From a virus (taxonomy: Duplodnaviria > Heunggongvirae > Uroviricota > Caudoviricetes): 12,860 nucleotides of DNA. The notes under the pieces were generated by a model. That model made no database searches, was not told the DNA's origin, and saw only the letters and a list, made by a program, of their open reading frames with translations. Below are positions 7,405 to 12,860 of this stretch, in pieces; positions within the stretch are counted from its first letter, which is position 1; each line of letters starts with the position of its first letter. The position numbers and the translations under genes were made by a program. Location of the stretch: IMG/VR virus record IMGVR_UViG_2737471837_000008, positions 1 through 12,860 of that record, one strand, 5' to 3'.

Positions 7405-7691
7405 TTCTTACCTCCCGCAACCAACATTGCCCGGATTTTTTTAATATTCGTGGCTGCACGTCTCGCCACTGCCTGTTGTTTGTTTTCCACCAGAATAAAA
7501 TCACGATCAAACTGACGGCGCGGCATTACGCAGTCATATTCGTAAACCTCACGGCGGTAGGTGATATTGCCTGGCGTAACGTGACGAATAACCACTCGCC
7601 CCCCACGTCTGGTGTCGCGGTAAATATCTCCGTGTCTGATTTCAGGCCGAGAGAGACCGCTGGCAGTAAAGCCAGAATTTTTCTTTTTCAT
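7401..7691 (-). CDS. hypothetical basic protein, 96 aa, translationally coupled to the primase/helicase
   Basis: ATG at 7689-7691 with AGGAAA upstream; stop overlaps the helicase GTG start. No recognised family. Confidence 0.6.
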   Translation of the reverse strand: MKKKNSGFTASGLSRPEIRHGDIYRDTRRGGRVVIRHVTPGNITYRREVYEYDCVMPRRQFDRDFILVENKQQAVARRAATNIKKIRAMLVAGGKK

Positions 7692-7695
7692 GGTT

Positions 7696-7896
7696 TTATT
7701 TTCCTGTCAGCAGTTCCGGTTTTATTTCCGCACGAATACAGAGTTCAGAAAAAAATTCAGGAGAACCAACAATCTCATTACTTTTCAGTCGGCATTGTGA
7801 TTTCACTTTCCCTTTATCCAGGTAAACCAGTACGCGTCCGGTGAAATCATCTGGCACACTCAGGTTAACTGTCATTGTTGCAGGCTGATTACCCAT
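7696..7896 (-). CDS. small protein, 66 aa, single copy of an FTG-x-LV...NG-V-S...L module
   Basis: PDDFTGRVLVYLDKGKVKSQCRL...SPEFFSELCIRAEIKP aligns with both halves of the neighbouring 121-aa protein. Start overlaps the upstream stop by 8 nt. Confidence 0.6.
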   Translation of the reverse strand: MGNQPATMTVNLSVPDDFTGRVLVYLDKGKVKSQCRLKSNEIVGSPEFFSELCIRAEIKPELLTGK

Positions 7897-8254
7897 GATT
7901 CACCCCCTGAATGACCTGATAACCGCAACTGGTCAGCAACTCGATAAATTCCGGCAGTGTTCCGAAACAGCAATCATCTCGCAGCCGTTCTCGGGATACT
8001 TCAACGCCGTTTTCGTAGTGACTCACCATGCGTCCGGTAAAATGCAGATCATCATCGTGATGGCTCGTTAACGGCTTAATCAGTCGCGCACGTTCTGCCA
8101 GCTCCAGCAATGCTTCAACGCTTCCGGCAATTGCACCATCCGGCAGGTGATAATTACTTGCCACGCGTCCATTCTCCACGTTAACCAGTAGCTGCCCGGT
8201 GAATTTCTCATCAAACTGAATGCTGTTAAGGTCAGAAATTGACAGGTTATGCAT
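7889..8254 (-). CDS. small protein, 121 aa, tandem duplication of the same ~50-aa module
   Basis: DEKFTGQLLVNVENGRVASNYHL...SVEALLELAERARLIKP and DLHFTGRMVSHYENGVEVSRERL...LPEFIELLTSCGYQV. ATG at 8252-8254 preceded by AGGAGGT; overlaps the upstream gene as ATGCATAA. Confidence 0.65.
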   Translation of the reverse strand: MHNLSISDLNSIQFDEKFTGQLLVNVENGRVASNYHLPDGAIAGSVEALLELAERARLIKPLTSHHDDDLHFTGRMVSHYENGVEVSRERLRDDCCFGTLPEFIELLTSCGYQVIQGVNHG

Positions 8255-8450
8255 GGTGCACCTCCTGGCGAATACGGGCGGCGAATACCATCACGCAACC
8301 AGCCGGGGATTGCTGGCGCGCTTCCTGTTCGCTGGTGGCCTCGATGTGAATCACGCGCGGTTGTGCCGTACTCAGGGCGATAAAACGCCAGATGTATTTA
8401 TTCAGGTTGTGCGAGTCCCGCCCTTGCGGGTGTGTGGTATGATTTAACAT
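8247..8450 (-). CDS. hypothetical protein, 67 aa (MLNHTTHPQGRDSHNLNKYIWRF...)
   Basis: Internal ATG at 8448-8450 with GAGG 6 nt upstream; this is the C-terminal in-frame part of the 403-aa ORF-track entry. First gene of the leftward replication operon. Confidence 0.5.
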   Translation of the reverse strand: MLNHTTHPQGRDSHNLNKYIWRFIALSTAQPRVIHIEATSEQEARQQSPAGCVMVFAARIRQEVHHA

Positions 8451-8539
8451 AGCTACCTCGATACTTTCGCTATCGTTGGTGGTTAGAAGCCCCGTTACTG
8501 CTCCAACAGTGCGGGGTTTCGTCATTTTATGACTGATAA

Positions 8540-8640
8540 AAATCAAGTGTCGGACACATGTTATTTTATCGGTGTGGGACACGTCAAGCATTGCATTAAA
8601 CTTTTTTCTCGCTATCATTGTCGGACACCAAACCAATCGG
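8540..8640. promoter_or_regulatory. divergent promoter/operator region with repeated TGTC-G-GACA palindromes
   Basis: TGTCGGACAC at 8548-8557 and 8619-8628, variant TGTGGGACAC at 8573-8582, inverted variant at 8696-8704. Candidate rightward promoter TTGCAT(8591-8596)-16 nt-TATCAT(8613-8618); candidate leftward promoter TTGACG(rc 8582-8587)-18 nt-TAACAT(rc 8558-8563). Confidence 0.45.
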
Positions 8641-8649
8641 AAATCAGAA

Positions 8650-8829
8650 ATGGCAACGAAATCAGTAAATGCAAAATCGAAAAGAATAGATGCACGTGTC
8701 CCACTCCATATCGTTGATGCCATGGATAAGGTCAAAGAAGACGGCGAAAGTACAGGGCAGTTTGTAACAGCCGCATTAGAAGGCGAGATCAAACGCCGCC
8801 AGCGTCGCAAGGCCAAAGAGCAGGAGTAA
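8650..8829 (+). CDS. ribbon-helix-helix (CopG/Arc-like) DNA-binding protein, 59 aa
   Basis: MATKSVNAKSKRIDARVPLHIVDAMDKVKEDGESTGQFVTAALEGEIKRRQ fits a strand-helixA-helixB RHH layout with a basic tail. Only convincing plus-strand gene; opposite-strand frame through it reads as Ser/Leu/Cys-rich junk. Confidence 0.6.
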   Translation: MATKSVNAKSKRIDARVPLHIVDAMDKVKEDGESTGQFVTAALEGEIKRRQRRKAKEQE

Positions 8830-8886
8830 CCATCACTAGCGCCGTGGAGTGATGAACTGTGGCGCACAGGGTTACAGGTATATACG

Positions 8887-9063
8887 ATGACTGACAAATC
8901 ATTAAAGAAATTATCCTCATCCAGGAAAAAACAACGCAAAAATGCGGTAAGCGAACAAGAACAGGAAAGATTCGCACCTTGTTCGTTTGCTCTTGAGAAA
9001 TTCCTTAAAGAGCACAGGAAAAAGCTCTCGTTGCAAACCTTGGAACGAACCAAATCTGACTGA
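8887..9063 (+). CDS. possible small basic protein, 58 aa (MTDKSLKKLSSSRKKQRKNAVSEQEQERF...)
   Basis: ATG at 8887-8889, stop TGA at 9061-9063, downstream of the RHH gene on the same strand. Weak SD; below the ORF-track cutoff. Confidence 0.3.
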   Translation: MTDKSLKKLSSSRKKQRKNAVSEQEQERFAPCSFALEKFLKEHRKKLSLQTLERTKSD

Positions 9064-9458
9064 TCACATTGCCCACCAGCCGCAAATGTGGCATTGTTGG
9101 TGATGCGTTCAAGTATGTAGCTTTTCCACTGGCGGCTCTCTGCGGTCGCCTTTGTTTTATCCAGAACGAAATCAGACATCAGATTGATCAGCACCTGGCG
9201 ACCTGACAAAATCGCATCAGTCGCGCCACCAGCAAAATTTTTTGCTTTCCGGACAGCGTGGCCAACGGCATTTTGCAGCAAAATATTCTGCATTTCTGGC
9301 GTGCTGTAGTAACGGTGATCAGTGCCTTCACATTGAACGAACTTGTCGCTAAAATTCACCCACATAGCAAACATCGCGGTGCTGTAGGTAATTCGTTCAC
9401 AAAGGCGCTCCGGCAACGGGGCGCTTTCTCTTTTTGTAACGGTCAGAGCGTTACACAT
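9064..9458 (-). CDS. hypothetical protein; convincing only over roughly the first 130 codons, 3' end undefined
   Basis: ATG at 9456-9458 overlaps the antirepressor stop by 8 nt. Protein-like composition to about 9064, then junk-like sequence antisense to the plus-strand genes, with no stop until 8247. Confidence 0.4.
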
Positions 9459-10299
9459 GGCTGTTTTCCTCCATGCGACGGGCTAACCAACGCTGCGAAA
9501 GACGAATTAATTCAGCCTTCCGCTGGTGGTAGTCCTGGCCTAACTCAATCAGCGTGATATTGCTCTGCTCAAGGTAAGAAAGGTGCTCAAGCTGCAACGT
9601 GCTCATGTGGTCGCGTGGTTCGCCTGTGATGCCGTTCGCCTGCGCCCACTGTTTTGCAGTCATGCCACCCAGCACGATACGCGCCAGCATATTGGCTTCC
9701 GTGGTGTAGTGGTGCTGGAGTGTGTTTTTACCCAGTTCAGCCCGGTACGCCTCCAGCGCGGCGCACATCGGCTTAAAGTAGCTGGCAACGGTGATACGGG
9801 CTTTCAGTTCCCTGCGTAACGCTGCGGAACGCACTGGCGCTACCTTGTGTAGCTCCTCCTCGCATTTGATGAAGTACTGACGAACGGCGCGGCCCTGTTC
9901 GGTGCGTTCGACCATCGCCAGTTCTTTCGCCATGTTCGTGGAGATCAAATACTCTTCACTGCGACGATCACCGCCGCGCTTTGTTGTCCAATCAGAATCA
10001 AACTGTTCAATATTTACACTTTGGTTCCCCCGTTTCGGGGAATCAAAGTACAAATTTTCTACAACTTCAAAATCCACGCCATTTTTAAATCCGTACTCAT
10101 CAATGCGTCCTTTAATCCAGGTTGTGAAATCACGCTTCACACCCAGCGCCTTATGCAACGCTCTGGCGCTAACAATATTGGTTTCACGCCCGCCAATAAC
10201 ACCGGAAATAACCGGGATAATATCGCCGAAATTTTGCAGATTCTGGTTTTCAGGCCGAACGAAGCCCTGCCCCTGTACGGGCGTTTTTGGAAATTTCAT
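9451..10299 (-). CDS. AntA/AntB-family phage antirepressor-like protein (282 aa)
   Basis: N-terminal IPVISGVIGGRETNIVSARALHKALGVKRDFTTWIKGRIDEYGFKNGVDFEV matches the AntA antirepressor domain pattern. ATG at 10297-10299 with AGGAG 6 nt upstream. Confidence 0.75.
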   Translation of the reverse strand: MKFPKTPVQGQGFVRPENQNLQNFGDIIPVISGVIGGRETNIVSARALHKALGVKRDFTTWIKGRIDEYGFKNGVDFEVVENLYFDSPKRGNQSVNIEQFDSDWTTKRGGDRRSEEYLISTNMAKELAMVERTEQGRAVRQYFIKCEEELHKVAPVRSAALRRELKARITVASYFKPMCAALEAYRAELGKNTLQHHYTTEANMLARIVLGGMTAKQWAQANGITGEPRDHMSTLQLEHLSYLEQSNITLIELGQDYHQRKAELIRLSQRWLARRMEENSHV

Positions 10300-10376
10300 A
10301 AAAACTCCTGCTATCGAATTAAGTTACTTTTATTTGCTGGTGGATAGCTGGGGGCAATAGCCCCGTAGCCATTTAA

Positions 10377-10574
10377 TCAGGTAGCTGTTCCGCGTGATTC
10401 CGCAATACGCTGATTAATCCACTCGTCAATTTCACTCTCAACGAAAGCAATAGCTCGCGAGCCAATTTTAACTGATGCAGGAAATTTACCTTGCCCCATA
10501 AGGCGATAAATCCATGCCTTGCTATATCCAGTTCTACGCTGAACTTCCGTTAAACGAATAAGAGAGTTTGCCAT
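10377..10574 (-). CDS. alpA: AlpA-family phage transcriptional regulator (65 aa)
   Basis: MANSLIRLTEVQRRTGYSKAWIYRLMGQGKFPASVKIGSRAIAFVESEIDEWINQR matches the AlpA pattern including the EIDEW motif. ATG at 10572-10574 with AAGGTG upstream. Confidence 0.9.
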   Translation of the reverse strand: MANSLIRLTEVQRRTGYSKAWIYRLMGQGKFPASVKIGSRAIAFVESEIDEWINQRIAESRGTAT

Positions 10575-10833
10575 ATATTCACCTTGTAACGTCTATAAAG
10601 GTGTACATAGCTTGCATTAAGAAAAGTGATATTTATAGATGCTTACCATTATGAATGGCGAATACCATTTCAGTGAAATAGCTCCACCTTTTTTTAATAA
10701 TGGCGTTTACTATTTTAAGTATCATGCTGACGTGAAACACGAAGAAAAATTACTGTTCTTACGATTTAATCTGCATTGGTGGTTACTTTTTTTTGAAAGG
10801 AAACCACCATTTTTCTGGAATAGCGACCACTAT
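10575..10833. promoter_or_regulatory. AT-rich alpA upstream region with perfect 8-bp inverted repeat
   Basis: TGGTGGTT (10777-10784) and AACCACCA (10802-10809) separated by 17 nt; about 260 bp of AT-rich non-coding sequence. Regulatory role is inferred. Confidence 0.4.
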
Positions 10834-11547
10834 TTAACTTTTTGTTTTTTTTGGTCTTCTACCAATACGCTTCAGATGTTCAGGCCTTAAAATCAGATTC
10901 ACAGCCCTAGCAACATTAGAACCCGCCCCCCTTTTTTTCAAATATTCAAGTACCTCATGCTCTGTCGGAGCCGTCTGTGGGTCATCTGGGTCATACGTCG
11001 ACCATAGTTCCCTTATAGCATCCTGCACATACTCCAACCCATCACTCTTATGCCCATAAGTACACAAATACTCGTCAGGATTAATTACCTGATGAGATGA
11101 TTCAATGATTGCTGGCGGATTAACTTCCTTAACAGGTATAGGGCGAGGGCATCTCGCAAAATCAACGCTCTCATTTTTTATCCACTCATATAAAGAATGG
11201 CGACTAATTAAAGTTTTATCCTTGCTTATCTCATATGCACGATCGGTCAGTTGCGCTGATGTCAGACGTTTGTACTCAATATCACAAACATTTCCCCAAT
11301 TATCGTACTCAACTATTTCAGAGGTACATTCAACAGGAGTTAAGACACCACGACGGATGGCTGTTACCATTCCATTAGCCAACCCCCATGCCATTTTCCA
11401 ACGTTCATGTTTATTATCTCTGACATGTTCAAGAGTAGGGTAATCATAAGGATCAATTCCGGCCAACAATAAAGCGGCCTGGGTGATAGAAAACTCCTGT
11501 ACTGTTCGCCAGTGGGATAAGTCAGGAATGTTTTCCACAATTGGCAT
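10834..11547 (-). CDS. hypothetical protein, 237 aa, between integrase and alpA
   Basis: ORF track starts at TTG 11562; ATG at 11545-11547 (MPIVENIPDL...) follows AAGGGGGAG. Basic C-terminal tail (RIGRRPKKTKS). No recognised family. Confidence 0.65.
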   Translation of the reverse strand: MPIVENIPDLSHWRTVQEFSITQAALLLAGIDPYDYPTLEHVRDNKHERWKMAWGLANGMVTAIRRGVLTPVECTSEIVEYDNWGNVCDIEYKRLTSAQLTDRAYEISKDKTLISRHSLYEWIKNESVDFARCPRPIPVKEVNPPAIIESSHQVINPDEYLCTYGHKSDGLEYVQDAIRELWSTYDPDDPQTAPTEHEVLEYLKKRGAGSNVARAVNLILRPEHLKRIGRRPKKTKS

Positions 11548-11645
11548 ATTCTCCCCCTTCAAGCGATCTAATGTTAAGGCCGATCCAGCTCTGTTTGCAT
11601 CAGCCTTTTTAGGTGCTCAAAGTCTACTACTGTATACTCAACCAG

Positions 11646-12860
11646 TCACCCGCATTTTCCGAACTCACCATGCACCACATTTCCGCCATGCTCGAGCGAA
11701 TCCATATAGTCGGCATACCACTGGAGCATCTCCCGGCGACCATCCAGATATTGCGCATGGTTGTATGTGCCACGAATTGAGTTTTTATCGACGTGTGCGA
11801 GCTGCGTCTCTATCCACGCGGTGTTATAGCCCTGCTCATGCAAAATGGTGCTCATGGTGTGCCGGAATCCATGACCAGTAACGCGCCCGGCATAGCCGAT
11901 ACGACGAATGAGCACATTCATCGCCATTTCACTCATTGGCTTACTGTGGTGAATACGACCGGGGAAAATAAACTGATACTGGCCTGTCATGTTTTTTAAC
12001 TGCTCCAGTATTTTTATCGCCTGTTCTGGTAATGGCACACAATGCGGACGGCGCATCTTCATTCGTTCTTTAGGCACTTCCCACAAACGATTATCAAAAT
12101 CGATCTCCTGCCATTCTGCCTGCCGTAATTCCCCGGGTCTGACACCTGTCAGAATTAATAGCCGCATTGCCAGTTTGACGATCTGGCTTCCGGTGTACGT
12201 ATTAAAAACGCGGAAAAATTCCGGCAGTTCGTCGGCCTTCAAATAGGCGTAATGCTCTTTTTTATGTGGAGCAAATGCGCTCACCAGGTCAGGGGCTGGA
12301 TTATATTCGGCGCGTCCGGTGATGATTGCGTACCGGAACACCTCGCCGCATCGCTGGCGAACCTTACGCAATTTTTCAGTCGCACCACGGTCATTAAGAC
12401 GGGAAAGAACCGCCAGCAATTCCATCGGCTTAATTTCTGCGATCGGCCTACCGCCAATGTACGGAAAAACATCTTTTTCAAACGTCTCGATCATTTCCTC
12501 GGCGTATGACGATGACCACCTGTCGATCCGCTTTTCGTACCATTCGCGAGCAATACCCTCAAAAGTATTGCCAAATTTGCTCGCCTGTTCTCGCTTTTGG
12601 GCTTTTCTGGCCTCACTTGGATTTATACCACCAGCAAGAAGCCTTTTAGCCTCATCCCTTGCCGCCCTGGCATCAGACAGAGACACATCAGGGTACACAC
12701 CCAACGACAACATTTTGGGCTTTCCTGCAAACCTGTAGCGCAGTCGCCACCCTTTCGAACCGTTCGGCTCAATGAGCAACGAAAGCCCGTTACCGTCATT
12801 GAGTGTATAAGCCTTTTCTTTCGGCTTCGCGCGCCTGATGGCAAGGTCTGAAAGCAGCAT
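11646..12860 (-). CDS. int: tyrosine site-specific integrase, P4-type
   Basis: N-terminus MLLSDLAIRRAKPKEKAYTLNDGNGLSLLIEP...VSLSDARAARDEAKRLL is typical of P4-like integrases; catalytic HGFRHT and RGTYNHAQY motifs present. ATG lies on the last three bases of the window, so the true start may be a few codons beyond it. Confidence 0.95.
   Translation of the reverse strand: MLLSDLAIRRAKPKEKAYTLNDGNGLSLLIEPNGSKGWRLRYRFAGKPKMLSLGVYPDVSLSDARAARDEAKRLLAGGINPSEARKAQKREQASKFGNTFEGIAREWYEKRIDRWSSSYAEEMIETFEKDVFPYIGGRPIAEIKPMELLAVLSRLNDRGATEKLRKVRQRCGEVFRYAIITGRAEYNPAPDLVSAFAPHKKEHYAYLKADELPEFFRVFNTYTGSQIVKLAMRLLILTGVRPGELRQAEWQEIDFDNRLWEVPKERMKMRRPHCVPLPEQAIKILEQLKNMTGQYQFIFPGRIHHSKPMSEMAMNVLIRRIGYAGRVTGHGFRHTMSTILHEQGYNTAWIETQLAHVDKNSIRGTYNHAQYLDGRREMLQWYADYMDSLEHGGNVVHGEFGKCG

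Noticed and set aside
8650-9063. RHH gene as antitoxin of a type II toxin-antitoxin pair
   Set aside because: The only downstream same-strand ORF is a basic 58-aa peptide with no toxin-like features, and the operator layout over divergent promoters fits a transcriptional switch better.
8247-9458. A single genuine 403-aa protein as listed in the ORF track
   Set aside because: The middle ~200 codons are Ser/Leu/Cys-rich and lie exactly antisense to a well-formed RHH gene and its operator region; kept as two minus-strand genes with an ambiguous join.
10639-10890. 83-aa plus-strand ORF upstream of alpA
   Set aside because: Lies in the AT-rich intergenic region; Phe/Leu/Trp-rich translation typical of AT-rich non-coding DNA.
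11563-11645. Intrinsic terminator between int and the 237-aa gene
   Set aside because: The imperfect hairpin is followed by a T-run only on the plus strand, which carries no gene here; not convincing for the minus-strand operon.
1-12860. Classical phage P4 (sid-delta-psu late operon, 777-aa alpha)
   Set aside because: The overall layout matches a P4-like/PICI satellite, but I found no Ogr/Delta-type zinc-finger protein and the replication protein is 590 aa; classical P4 gene content is not supported.
12700-12860. att site or tRNA gene at the integrase-proximal edge
   Set aside because: The window ends on the integrase start codon and no tRNA-like structure is visible inside it; any att/tRNA would lie beyond the right edge.

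Overview
This window looks like the interior of an integrase-anchored satellite-type mobile island (P4-like / phage-inducible chromosomal island architecture, Enterobacteriaceae-like sequence). All calls are from reading the sequence and ORF track by eye; no database search was run. Nearly all genes are on the minus strand, read leftward from the right edge: P4-type tyrosine integrase (start at the window edge) -> 237-aa unknown -> AlpA-family regulator -> AntA-type antirepressor -> an unknown gene whose frame never closes -> a small plus-strand ribbon-helix-helix (RHH) regulator with candidate operators -> four small coupled genes (two share a repeated ~50-aa module) -> P4-family primase/helicase -> iteron-type replication origin -> unknown 119 aa, FinO/ProQ-domain protein, PerC-family regulator -> tandem terminators -> a tightly coupled operon of five unrecognised proteins plus a Nu1/MerR-type winged-HTH protein -> a second iteron array (TTGACAC-TTTTCGCG). 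No rRNA, tRNA, CRISPR array, transposase or att site was seen. The best candidates for something undescribed are the unrecognised operon at 1020-3932, the repeated-module small proteins at 7696-8254, and the embedded RHH switch.
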